Assembly: GCA_951406725.2 (NCBI GenBank)
Contig: OX597836.1
Location: 47,864,001 to 47,928,000, forward strand
Source of the DNA: Octopus vulgaris
Lineage: Eukaryota
Direction: 5' to 3'
Length of the DNA stretch: 64,000 bases
The position numbers and the translations under genes are program-made. Below are positions 39,601 through 53,454 of this stretch, in pieces; position 1 is the first letter of the stretch, and each line of letters starts with the position of its first letter. The notes under the pieces were generated by a model. It was not told the origin of the DNA. It searched no databases and saw only the letters and a list, made by a program, of their open reading frames with translations.

Positions 39601-42600
39601 CATTAGATTTTGGGATCGATCCGGTGCCGGACAAGGATTCTGGATTATTTCTTATATTTACTTTACTTTACGATCTTATGTTCACTTTCAAGTCTTTCTC
39701 TGATTATCTCCCTCGAAAGCATGTCCATGGTTTCCACATAAGTTATGGCGGTGTTGCTATTTCTAAAGTTTTATTTTCGTTTCTCTATTATTAATTTCAC
39801 TCACGTCTCTATCTTAGTAGAAACTGACGGATAAAGAAATCAAACTACATAAACAAACGGCAGCAAAACCGTTCAGAAATTAAATAACACTAACATATTC
39901 AGTAACAATAATAAATTTAATTTATCCTCGACAATTTTAAGTTTTGCCAATTTTAAATATATCGCTCCTGTTTAAAACTGCTTACCCACGTGACAATTGC
40001 ATTTCTAGCTCTGCCTTGAAGGAAGCTTTACTTCTTGGACTCAGGTGTACGCAACAATGTTGTTAAACCTCTGCTAACAGCACTGTATGCAGGTCCTTTC
40101 CGTTTTCTTTCATGCACGGATAAATTTTTCACTATAGACCTTAATGGTAGTAAAGACTCTCTATTAGTGGATAGACTAAAAAAAAGCCTTCGTAGAGAAA
40201 ACTATCCCTGTTCCCACTGCAGACAACACACACACACACACAGCATTACAAACACAGCCCGCACACCCACCTTCACATTCTATGACTACCACTGGGATCG
40301 ATCAGGTACCGGACAAGGATTCTAAATTATTTTTCTGTTTTTTTCTTACTTAATTTTTGAGAATGGTCGAGTTCATTTTTAGTATTTTCATTTGTGAGAG
40401 CAGTCGAGTTTATTCTCATTTTAAAAATCATCTCCAGCTAATCATTGAGAGGTCGTTGGTGTTTCCTTGACGGAAGGCTTCCGCTCTCCGAGTGCTCTGG
40501 TTTTCTTTGTGTGTGTGTGCTTTTTATTATGTTAAGTAATTAACTTTTTATTCTTTAAATGCCGTTGTGTAGTGTTCATGCATGGAGGCTAAGAAAGTGT
40601 GTTTCTTTTATATATGTTGTGGTTTTCTTCTTGTCCTCATTGGAGGTGATGTAGGTTGTCTGTGGATGGTTAAGGAATTATGGGTGATGTCATCTACAAA
40701 GGAACATATGTTGTTAGAAGTGACATCTAGAAGACTTACAATGTTGAGAAGGTAAACTGTGAGTCTTTTGGATGTTGTCACCAATCTGTGGTGTTGGTGC
40801 AGACTGGCAGAAAACTTGCAATCCAACAAATGAAAGAGAAATGTAAATGGATAGGCAACTTATCTATATTACAAGTTCAGCATCAAGATTGATTTTCTTT
40901 TGTCTGCAATGTTCAAAAGGAAATGTCATGATCAACGTTGACAAGGCCATTTACTGATTGAAGATTACACCAAGCTTGGCTTTGTACTGCAAACTTATCT
41001 TAAAGAAAGGCTTTGAATGATGGGCTTGTTGACAAAGGACCAGATAGCTCTGTTTTAATTTGAGAGGCTAGAGAGCTTGCAGGCTGTCATACATGAAGCT
41101 ACTCTTTGCTGGTAGTTGTTGGTAGTGATGTTTGTTTACATGAAGTAGACAAATTTAGGATTAACTTGGTCACCAGCATAGCTGTGTCAGCAGGGTAATC
41201 GATTACATATTTATTGCCAGCAGTTGTCTGCATAGGACAGATACATTCCTGACCAGAGCTCTGGCTTAAAAGTACCAACTGGTTCATAAGAAAGGCTGTT
41301 GTGTAGTAAGGAGATGTGAGATGTGTTATCTTAAGTAGACAGTTTTCAGAAGGTCTGGTGAGTTTGCTGTGTTTCAGACAACAGGTATAGACAGGTCAGA
41401 ATGACAAGTAATTCAACTTTTACGCCCAGGGTTGTATACATTCTAGTAATTAATGGTGATGGCTCCAGAGACAGATTGAAGTAGATGTGCCCACGATATG
41501 AGACTGGAGAAATCTGAGGGGTAATGAAAGCATTGAATGAACTTAAAAGAAAGGGAAGGAGATGCTTTGATCCAGAATAACTGGAAGTTGTTACTGGAAT
41601 CCAAATGAGAAGGGTAAGCAGTGGATAGAGAAGTTTCTATATTCCTGCAGATATCACCTTTCTGAGCAAATAAATATATTGGAATGCAGACGGTGTCTTA
41701 GACAGCAGAGATGGGTTAGAGAATAGAGGATGAGATATTAGTCTCAAACAGGAATAAATTGTGTGGATGGGGACAATATTGAACTGAAGTCTGCATCACC
41801 TTATTTGAATATCTTTTTTCAAGTCATGAATTTAAAATGTAAATATTGTTTGCTGTTAAGCTTTTGTGTGTTTATATCATCTTGAATTGAATATAAAGAA
41901 ATATGTAACTTCATGTCTCCTTTTGATCTCTATATTTTTGTTATAGGATGAAGTAGTTGTCTGTCCTATTTGTAATAAAAAACAACGTCTTATGTATATG
42001 GCCAGTCACACGAACTTGCACAAGCGCAAGGAACGGATTGAAATGGAGAGACAAAAACAGGTGCAGAGTGATGCCAGTGCTCCAAAATCACAGCGAAAGA
42101 GAAAAGCAGCACAGAAGTGAGTTTGTTTTTCTTTCTATCTATCCGTCCGTCCATCTGTCCATCCTGCTTTAACTGGTTTAATTTTAACCTTGTCTGCAAT
42201 ATCATCATCATCATCTTTGTCTATGCATGGTTAGACAGTTCTTTCTCACCACATCTTCCTTACTACTAATTAGGTCACCTACATAATGGCTTCAAATTTT
42301 GGCACAAGGCCAGTAATTCTACTGGTAGGGGTTTAGTTGATTTCATCGACTCCAGTACTTGACTGATACTTTATCTTATTGACGTTTGGAAGGATAAAAA
42401 GGTAAAGTTGACTTTGGCGGGATTTGAACTCTGAACACAAGGAGCCGGAATTAGTGCTGCTAAGCATTTTTGTCTGGCATGCTAATGATTCTGCCAGCTC
42501 AGAGCTTTAAGGTCACCCACGTAATAGAAACTGTCAGCTAATCTTGCAAACCTTCTGAATATTTCAAAGAATTTATTTCATGGCTGCTGCTGTTGCAGCT

Positions 42601-45600
42601 AGTTATGGCAGTGCCAAAGTCCTCCTTCTCTGACGACCAACCTGTGATCCCACTACACCTCTTATGCACCCATAGCTTACACTGGATATGTTGTATGAAA
42701 TTCTTACCTCAGAATGGTCACTTCCCAAGACAGTTGTAGAATCATGTCTTCTTGCTACCTAAATCATTGCTATTTTTAAGGTATCAAAATGGTAAGCACA
42801 CTGGGCAAAATGCTTAGCGGTATTTCATTCGTCCTTACATTCTGAGTTCAAATTCTGCCATGGCCAACTTTGATAACTTAAATACTAGTGAAACACTGGG
42901 GTCGATGTAATCGATTGTTCTACAAAATTTTAGGACTTGTGCCTTTAGTAGAAAGGATTATTATTATTTTTTCATGATCGGTTGGATGTGTAATGTCAGT
43001 GTGCACACATGACAGAGTGTAAACGCCCTGAGAGAAAAATGTTGGACATAAGAAGCATTGGATGTGGCATGCAAGAGAGACGTTTGTGTTGGTAAGGTCA
43101 TGTACTACAGATGGATGAGGAGAGCTGTGTGAAGAAGTGCCACTCCCAAACAGTGGAAGGAATCCAGGGTACAGGTAGACCCAGGAAGACATGGGATGAG
43201 GTGGTCAAGCATGTCCTTCAAACAAATAAAGTGAGATCACAGCTGTAACTTACACCAGTGTTGCATAACCAGCCAACTCAAAAAGTACCCTTGGATCGTA
43301 GGGTGACATGCTGTGCTTGAGGAGACTGATTGAGTCAAGTACATCAGCATCAGCAATATCAAAATCAAATCAAATGGAAATTGTAGATGTGGTCCCCATG
43401 CCAGTGGCACGTAAAAAAGCAACATCCAAACATGGTCGATGCCAGCCCCCTCGCCCCGACTGGCTTCTGTGCCAGTGGCATGTAAAAAGCACCATCTGAA
43501 CATGGCTGATGCCAGTACCACCATTACTGGCTCCCGTGCTGGTGGCACATAAAAAGCACCATCCAATTGTGGTCAATATCAGCCCCCCCTGGCCCTGTGC
43601 TGGTGACACGTAAAAAGCACCCACTACACTCTCAGCGTTAGGAAGGGCATCCAGCTGTAGAAGCATTGCCAGATCAGACTGGAGTCTGATGCAGCTTCCT
43701 GGCTTTCCAGACTCCAGTTGAACCGTCCAACCCATGCCAGCATGGAAAACGGACACTAAACGATGAAGATGATGATGATTTTATAGCTAGGTCTCACTTT
43801 GAAGTGTCTCGATTCTAAGCTTTACTTCCCTAACCTTAGAAATTCAGCCCTGAGAACAAGGTCATCATTATACGGCTAGTCCCATGGACAGCTGGTCTTA
43901 AACACTTCTCTAACGGCTACCTCCCCAACATTTTTATACCATTTCGTCTTTCACTCATTTTGGATTAGAATTTAGCCAGAATGAGAGTCAATGTATTCCT
44001 TACCAACTTGCTTCCATTTCTGACCCCCCCCCCGACTCTATAGCCCTGCTTGCAGATGTTCAAAAAGAATATTGACTATTGATCTCACATGTCTTGACAT
44101 TGATTTAAGTCATCATCTCTTGGGGTGGAGGTGGGATGTTGATAAAATGATTCACTGTTTAACACTGGATTCATCATCATCATCATCATTATTATTCTTG
44201 AATCACAGCAAGTTTAACGGCATTTATTGAGTATTTTCTATGATCATGTTTATTTATATTTTGGCTCCAAAAAATGGCTTCTGCTGAATAATTTTTCAGC
44301 CTCGCCTGGCCCCCGTGCCGGTGGCACGTAAAAAGCACCATCCGTCCGTGACCGTTTGCCAGCTCCGTCTGGCACCTGTGCGGGTGGCACGTAAAAAGCA
44401 CCCACTACACTCACGGAGTGGTTGGCATTAGGAAGGGCATCCAGCCGTAGAAACACTGCCAGATCAGACTGGGCCTGATGCAGCCTCTGGCTTCACAGAC
44501 CCCAGTTGAATTGTCCAACCCATGCTAGCATGGAAAGCGGACGCTAAACGATGATGATGGTGGGCATCTTTGGTTAGTAATTGTAGTATTTGTATATTTT
44601 GCATGTGTTGAAATCTTTGAGAGTATCATCAAGCTGGTAACTGATGTACTTGTATATTCCAAACATATTTAAGTCTTTGGGGTTTTCAGAAAGCTAAGAA
44701 TGTTTCATGCAAAGACTATTTACTTTACACATTTTTTTGTTTTCTATTTTAATCTGTAGGCAGCAGGAAATTTTTAAAATCAATTTTTTACTGATTTTTG
44801 TTTTTTTCTTTCTCTGATATAGATGGGATTGTGACTTAGTTATTTTCTGCCATTTGTTTACTTTATTAAAACTTAACTTTAATCATTTTCCTTTTTTTCT
44901 CTGTTTATCCAGAGCAATTGGTTCCCTGCATGTTATGAGTCAAGAGTTATTTAGCACCGATGAAATGGGAGACAGTCGTCCGTTGAAACGAAGTAGACAT
45001 TTTAACCTTCCAGATGATCATGATGCTTCTCTGCTCTGTGATGATAACTTTGGTATGGATGATTTTGATGATAGACGTCGTTGTAAGTTCAGTGACTAAA
45101 ATTTAAACCGTATCGAAAATAAGGACAATAGATTAAAGCCATTACCGTCTTCTTAACTGCTGTCCAAATTTAATTTGTTAGCACTCATTGAACTGAAGAA
45201 GTTTTAGCAGTAAACTCATCTGGTCGACCGTAACGGAAAAGAAATAAGGTCATTACTAAAAGCATTTCAGTTGTTATTTGATGTAACTTTTCTATTATTA
45301 AAGATGTTTGTCTTGTGTCATTTGTAGCCACTACGACTAGTTCTAGCCACGGGGGCTCAACACGTGGTGGCGGAGGTTCTTCGATGTGGCCCAGTAAAGA
45401 TGAAGATCTCTTTGAAGAATGCTTGCAGTACCATACCAAACTTGAGGTTCTTCTTCCAGCATTTGATGAGTTCTTACCAACAAGGGACATGTTTTATCAT
45501 CTTCAATCTCAGTAAGTCTTCCCATTTATTTGTTTACTTATAACTGTAGAGAATTGTTTGTTCAGGATTTATTAAATTTGTTCTTTTACTCCCAATTTTC

Positions 45601-47965
45601 TAAACCAAAAACATGTTTCATTATCATTCTTTCAAATGTTAAGATAGATTAACCCTTTAGTGTTTAAACCGGCTTTGTCTGGCCCAAATATTCTACACAT
45701 TTTATGCTCAAACTGGCCAGATCCAGCATCTCACACCTACCCTGCAATGTCATTCTAAAAATATACAATTACATGTTTGAAATCTTAAAGCTACAAAATA
45801 ATATCAAATAAATGTTTTTAAATGTGAATAAATAAGGGTTACTTTTGACAAATTAATCTGAAACACTAAAGCGTTGAAGAAACAGCATGAGAGCTGATTA
45901 ATTAATTGCAAAAACATTTACATATTTAATCAAATACAAACAACATAACCGTTTAGCAAGTGCTGATTTAGATGATTTAGTTGATAGAACGAAGCCTAAA
46001 ATATTCCAAATTGCAAAACAGTGACCATGTGTTTACAAGATGAACAGCCTTTCTCTAGGAGAGAAATGTATCATCATCATCGTTTAACGTCCGTTCTCCA
46101 TGCTAGCATGGGTTGGACGGTTCGACCAGGGATCTGGGAAGCCAGAAGGCTGCACCAGGCTCCAGTCTTATCTGGCAGTGTTTCTACAGCTGGATGCCCT
46201 TCCTAACGCCAACCACTCTGTGAGTGTAGTGGGTGCTTTTTATGTGCCACCTGCACAGGTGCCAGGCGAGGCTGGCAACGGCCACGGTGGGATTGGTGCA
46301 TTTTACGTGCCACCGGCACGGAAGCCAGTCGAGGCGGTCATACATATTTGCAGAAACTTTAAAATCATTTAAGAATTGTTGCCATTTTGGATAAAATGTT
46401 TAGCAACATTCCTTTTGGCTCTTTACGTTTTGAGTTCAAATGACACCAAGGTCAACTTGGCCTTTCATCATTTGCAGGTCAGTGAGATAAGCACCAGTCA
46501 GTCACAGGGATTGGTGTAATCAATTTGCCCCTCCCCACCAAAATTTCAGGCCTTGTGCCTATAGCAGAAAGTGTTGTTGTTGTTATTAATTGTTTTTTGC
46601 TTTGCATTTCTAAATTCTAGTGAAATTGATACCTGTCTCCCAATCACTCGAAAGAGTATCGACTTTGCTGTAGAGTTGGGCAATAAAGTAGAACCAGCAT
46701 CTTTAGGCTTGTTTGGATCTACAGTCTCTGGTGGTAAGTGTTCCAGGATTCTAGCTTCTTTATATCTAATGATATTTCAATTTTTATAGGTTTTCTTTGT
46801 TTGTTTGTTTTGCAGTTCACTGAGATTAAGAGAACTTGATTTCACCAGATTTATTGAATTATCTCATCTTTTGGGTTTATAGTAATTCCTTTTCTCTTGA
46901 TTTGTGGAATATTGAAACCTACCTGACTGCTTCACTAATTCTTTAACCCTTTAATGAAACTATTTTCGGTAATTACACTATGAAATCATTAGTTTTCAGT
47001 TGGCAGAATCATTAATGCATTGGACAGAATGCTAAGTAGCATTTCTTCTGGCTCTTTATGTTCTGAGTTCAAAATTCCTCTGAGGTCAGCTTTTGCTTTG
47101 CACCCTTTTGCAGTCAATAAAAATTCGAAAATTCCTCAAAATTGGAGAGGAGCTTGAATTGATTCTCAAAATTTGCACCCTTGTCAATAATAACCTGACA
47201 ATGTCTCTTGTATTTTAAATATCTTAAGATGAATTATTATTAATGCAGCTTTAATTTTTGGATTATTAATTAACCAAAACTTTAGAGATGATACATTTGC
47301 CAATGCATAGCCACCTCACTATCTTTTGAATCAAGTTGACCAAGAGCCGTTTATATATGGAACCAAACCGGATTTAAACTAGGAACTATCATTTCTAAAC
47401 TGGGAGGAATAACTTAATTAACTCCTTGGCCTCTAATATTTGTTACAAATTATTTTATTATTCATGTTTTGATTCATTAAAGGGAGCCATATTGAGCTGA
47501 TGTCAGTGTTTGGGTTTATAGAGTAGGTTACCAGCAGACAAATTAATTTTATTGCTTCTGTATTTTTGTAAGTTGAGTTTTCTAACTTCCTCATTGTTTT
47601 CATGTCCGTTTGGCCATGTTCACATGGAACAATTTATTGAGGAAGAAGAATTTCTGTGGCTGTTACACCCTGCCTGTCACCAACCCATACCTGTTTCCAA
47701 GCCAACTAATATTTCCCCTTGGCCAGGCATGTTAATGCAGAATATTGGAAATGAATGACATTCATTTACAAATATTGTGATGCCAAAACATGAAGACACA
47801 CATACTCACACTCATACACTCATACACACATACACACGTACATATGTGTATGTTGCGTGTATCTATATATATATATAAATTAGAAAAAAAACACCTTTTA
47901 TCAATTCAACAATGAATTAGTATTTCTAAATTGAATTTTTCTCTGTAAGTTTGGAATAATATTCC

Positions 47966-48008
<43 letters not shown>

Positions 48009-51000
48009 TCTATTGTGAATGACAAGCTTATTTCAGTTTCTGTTTTCCAAATTTGCTCACAAAGTTTTAGCTAGCCTGTGACTCTAGCAGAAAATACCCG
48101 CCCAAGGTACCAAGCAATGCGACTGAACCTGAAACCATGTGGTTTGGAAGTAAAGACATGTCTGCACCTCCCATGCCATACAAGGATGCAAATTCCATTC
48201 CGTAGCATTCTATGATTTCTTTTTCTTGTATTTCTGCCGTTCTTGACTTGGACGTTTCTTATCTCGTTTCCAATGTTCTGTTTTGATATTAAGGGGTCTT
48301 TATAGTTCTGCTTACATTAACCTTCAATGAAAGCAGTTCTTAGCTCTTGCCACTGTTGGGTGATTTATTTCAGTGTGCAATCTGTGGTATGATGTTACTT
48401 TTGAGCACAACTCAATGAAGTGTGATTTAATCCTTGTACTGTGCTTGGAGCCAGGGATAGGTGTTAGATGTTAGGTTAGCTATCTTTTCCAGAGGATACT
48501 ACTTTTCTGCTGATTCATTTCTGTATTAGCAGACTTCATGGTACATGTTTAAAACTATTTTTTTATCATCTCTAGAGATGAGCTTAATACTACTGCTACA
48601 AATAATAATAATAATAATAATAATATCATCATCCTTATTTCTTCTAAGCCGGCTTATGTATATTTATCTTCAGTAAATTTATACATTATCCTTCATATTG
48701 CTTGACAAAGTAATTTTACAGCTGGATACTATTCCTAGTGATTTTAAATCTTTCTGTAATCCTGGATTGGAAATTTTTCGGCAGGGACAAAACAAGTGAA
48801 GCTATATACTGTGATGTACAATATCAAACAAAGTTTGAATTTATGATGACTTTATGGTTCCCGTTTCTCATAGATTTCTGATGATAGATTGAATTTTTAC
48901 TTGGTTCTGAATTATATGACATTATTCTGAAATGATTTGATAATTAAAATTTTTGTTATTTTATTTTACTTTTTCTTTCTTGTAGATAGTATCAACTTTT
49001 TTACTGGTGGCCCTGTTTGGTGTGCAGTGTGGTGCCCCATTCCTACAACAGAGGGCATTGGTGCCGACCAATATGTTGCTGTGTACTCCCACAAACATAT
49101 GGATGAAACCAATGTGGTGAAGAAAGCTTTCAGCAAGACAACCGTCATTCAGATATGGAATTGTGGACCTCTCAATGCATTTTCTGAGTAATAACTCTTG
49201 CATTTTATTTTCTTGATATTGTTCTCCTTCCACATTAGACTAGATTTAACCACTTTAGCATTTAAAGTGGTCGTATCCAACCCAAATATTCTACTTATTT
49301 TATGCTCAAACTGGCCTCATGTGGCCCCTCACATCTATCCTATAATGTCATTGTGAAAATAAACACATCATCAAAATCTCTAAGCTATGAGAAAATGCCT
49401 GATCAATTCAAAACAATGCTAGCGCGGAAAATGGACGTTAAACGGTGATGATGATGAGAGAAGAATGGCATTACATTTGACTGAGTCACCTGGATGCTAA
49501 AAGGTTGACCATAAAATCCTGATAATTGACATCAACTTCAGATTGACGGCTTAAATTATTAGCTGTTGTGTTTAAGTAAGATGTTATTTTTATATTCATA
49601 CGTTCCAATTTTATGTAAATTAACCGACATTTGAGTTACGTGAAGAGAAATCACAAAACCCAACTGAGGTTGAATCTCCAAAGTCATTGTTTGCATCAAC
49701 TTTACAGATTGTGAAGACCCTCACATTTTTCTTGGTGACTTTTCTTTCTGCAATTGGAGGAATTATTCTGAAAATTAGAATGTATTGACAGTCACATATA
49801 ATGAATATTGCTTATTTCTGTGCAGTCCAAGAGTAAAGAGATGTTATATAAATTAGCTGTGACATTGTGTGGCAGTAAATTGCCTTTTTAAGCATTTGTC
49901 TCTCCCTCTCTCTCTCTTTCCCATGTTTATTGAAGCTTTAACAGTGATGTAACTTTGTGATTGAATTCGGTAGATGGAAGTTACTGCCGTGTGTGTATGT
50001 GTGCGTATAGCTGCTCAGTGCCTCTCCGAAAGAGAGAGAGGTACCATTTATTTGTAATTGTGTCTGTAGTAAATAATAATAATATGGTTTCTCTGTTTCA
50101 GGAAATTGTTTCTACCACATCTTGCATATGGTATTGTCCATGATTTCGGATGTGTATTTAGTATGTCCTGGTGCCCTTTTGGAGCATGGCAGTCGTGTTC
50201 TCAGTCAAGTTTCCAAGTAAGTGAAAATAAAAATAACAAAAAGAAGAAAAAAAATGAATTGCTTTGTCTTATAAAACTTTTCCAAAGCTAGTTTTGTTAG
50301 ATATTTAGTTTACTTTCTGTTTTGTTAGATATTTAGTTTACTTTCTGCAAATTTAGGCATGGCACATAAAAAAGCACCATCCGAATCGTGGCGCCTCGAC
50401 TGGCTTCAGTGCCGGTGGCACGTAAAATGCACCAATCCGACCGTGGCCGTTGCCAGCCTCGCCTGGCACCTGTGCAGGTGGCACGTAAAAAGCACCCACT
50501 ACACTCACGGAGCATCCAGCTGTAGAAACATTGCCAGATAAGACTGGAGCCTGGTGCAGCCTTCTGGCTTCCAGATCCCCGGTCGAACTGTCCAACCCAT
50601 GCTAGCATGGAGAACGGACGCTAAACGATGATGATGATGATAATGAAACATTTAGTTTCCACACCTAACTAATCAAGCTACAACCTATCACTTGAATAAG
50701 GAAAGAAGTGGGGCCAGTATTTTCAGTTAATCCTTTTGATTAGAGTTTAAAGTTTATTAATTTCATTGAAGGTTGACTTTTAATCTTGCGCTATTTTCAG
50801 GAGGGTTCTTTGAGAAGACTTGGTCTACTGGCAGCTGCATGTTCAGATGGAAGTGTCCGTATTTTCAGGTAAGTTGAGTTGCAATGTCGAGTTTTCAACA
50901 TAATTATATTCTGTTGGATATTGCGAGCTATTGTAGAACAGTATTTTGTTTGTAATGCTACAACAATTAATTTGTTGCTCTTTCTAGTGTCCCATATGCA

Positions 51001-53421
51001 TCAGATCTGCTCGACAAGGATCAATTGGTTGGCACGTATCAGTTTTTCCGGGTGAAGCCGTCCATTAGTTTGATACCTTTGCCAGATATGTCAGGTGAGC
51101 CAACATTTATTCTTCAGTCTTTTCAAATGTTCATCTCATCAAACAGATTTTAAATGTTTATCTTTATTGCACTGTCCATCTTACATTTGTAGTTTTCTTT
51201 TAGCATTGCATTGAAAGGTTTTGTTGTGTTTTTTTTCTTTCTAATATAACAGAGATGTTACACACTATTTCAATATTTGACTTATAAACAACTTAGGGAG
51301 AGAATAGAAAGATGAACAAAAGAGAGAAAATGGTCAGAGAGACACATGGATCATATTTATTTAAAAAAAACAATTCATTAAGAAATTATTGTCGTTTGTT
51401 TTACTTTTTGTGGTCATCTCCATATTGAAGTATTCAGGTGAATTTTTTTTCTTAAACATTCATTTTGAATGTCCTTCATGGTACTATGTTCTGTCAGTTG
51501 GAACATATGCTTATATTTACTAGCAGAAACACAGCCCTTTGGGTAGTTTACTGCAAGTCCTTATGATGTGGTCACACACACACACACGTCTGTGTATAAA
51601 GGTGCTGGCATAAACTGTGTATTTGGATTGTTACCATGTGGTTTTGAGTAGCATGGCAGTTTTGAAACATGTCTTCTACTGTAGTCTTTGGTCTGAGCAA
51701 AACCCTGCAAGTGGAATTGGTAGGCAGAAACTATAAAAGTATCAAGTGAATGGATGTACCCAAACATGGAATTAAGGTATACTGATAACGTTGACCAGCT
51801 CAAAGGTTTAAATATAGCTTCTCTCAACCTAACCACACTGACTTCAATAATCTGACAAGAGAAACAAACTTGCTGTGGCCCAGAACAGGACATTGCAGGA
51901 CTTGTATCACAATAAATCTCAAATGGTTTGGACAGTCTTCTAAATTGAAAGGTTGTATCTGTTGGTATGGGTAGAGTTCTGGGTATAATTACCCCCCCCC
52001 CTCCCTTTCTGAAATCAAAACTCTTGATGACATGTGACCTAAGCTCCTTGACCATTTGCCCTGCACCCTTTGCCCTTTAAATTGTGAGCCAGCATCATTT
52101 GGGAATCCTATTTGATGTTATTTTCTCCTCCATAATGTGTATTTCATTTGCAAATTTAACCAGCTTTTTTATTAAATTATTCTTTTGGAGTCTATTTACA
52201 AATTCGTTTGTGTCTTTAAAATGTTTCTTTGTTAATTTCAAAAAAAGGGGAAATTTTTCTGTTGCAGGTAGTTCTGGTAGTTGTTGTTTGTGTGTTGACT
52301 GGCAACATGGTGAGGAGCGACGATACGTGGTGGCTGGCTATGCTGATGGTATGTTTTACAATTCAATATGAACTTTTTTATTTCTTCCGAATATTTTATT
52401 TAAATTTCAAAAAAATTTATTCTGCTTGTCAGAGATTATTTGAAATAAAATACATTTTCTGTTGTTTTTTTGTTTTTCTTGACTCAGGTGCTACCAGAAT
52501 ATGGGACTTAAAAACACAGTCTCCATTATTACGTACTAGTATCAACTTAGATATGACTGATGTATTCTTGTATCCAATCCGATGTTTCAAAAGCCATCTG
52601 AGTGAAGTACGTGCTGTGTGTTGGTCTCAAACGGTACATGACACTTTTGTGACTTGTGGTGCTGATCGTGATGTGAAATTTTGGAGAACATCAGATACAA
52701 GCTTCCCATTTTGTTGTGAAAAGTTCTGTCAGTGCATGAGTGCCCGTTGGGTTCAGCCTTGGAATGGAGTTGTTGTGGCCCAGGATGATGCTTTTTGGTA
52801 TGTTATCTTTATTAAACCTGCTATTTAAAATATTATTCATTATAATTGCATTAGAGTTTTGTTTGTTTTCTTGGTTTCGTGTGTTGGCTGGTTCTGCAGA
52901 CTTTTGTGTTTTATGAAAGTTCGGTACTCTTCCTAAAACCCTAATCTCTCTATTGTGAATTGAGAATGGTAGTTTGTTTTTTTGTTGTTTGTTTTTTTTT
53001 TTCTTCAGAGAAATGTCTGTTGCCAGAGGAAGGATGCAACACACATCGTAACTCCTACACTCTTAAATTATTACTGCTACTCTCTCTCTCTCTCTCTCTG
53101 TTTGATTTTACATGTTGACATAGGTTTACTAGGTTTCTACTACATCAACTGATGTGCCCTTGTAATATTTACAACCCCACAAATGCTCTCTACTAGTTTT
53201 ACTCTTACTCTTTACTCTTTTACTTGTTTCAGTCATTTGACTGCGGCCATGCTGGAGCACCACCTTTAGTCGAGCGAATCGACCCTGGGACTTATTCTTT
53301 GTAAGCCCAGTACTTATTCTATCGGTCTCTTTTGCCGAACCGCTAAGTGACGGGGACATAAACACACCAGCATCGGTTGTCAAGCAATGCTAGGGGGACA
53401 AACACAGACACACAAACATAT

Positions 53422-53454
<33 letters not shown>

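Noticed and set aside
43395-43630. Repeat-spacer pattern resembling a CRISPR array
   Set aside because: Eukaryotic context, no cas genes, linkers related to each other, and the pattern is part of a dispersed RTE 3'UTR.
45083-45140. Intronic termination (…CKFSD*) giving a zinc-finger-only isoform
   Set aside because: Only a weak ATTAAA nearby in AT-rich sequence; short read-through to a stop is expected in any intron.
50291-50348. 28-bp tandem duplication (also a 19-bp one at ~657-693)
   Set aside because: Ordinary local slippage duplication with no sign of function.
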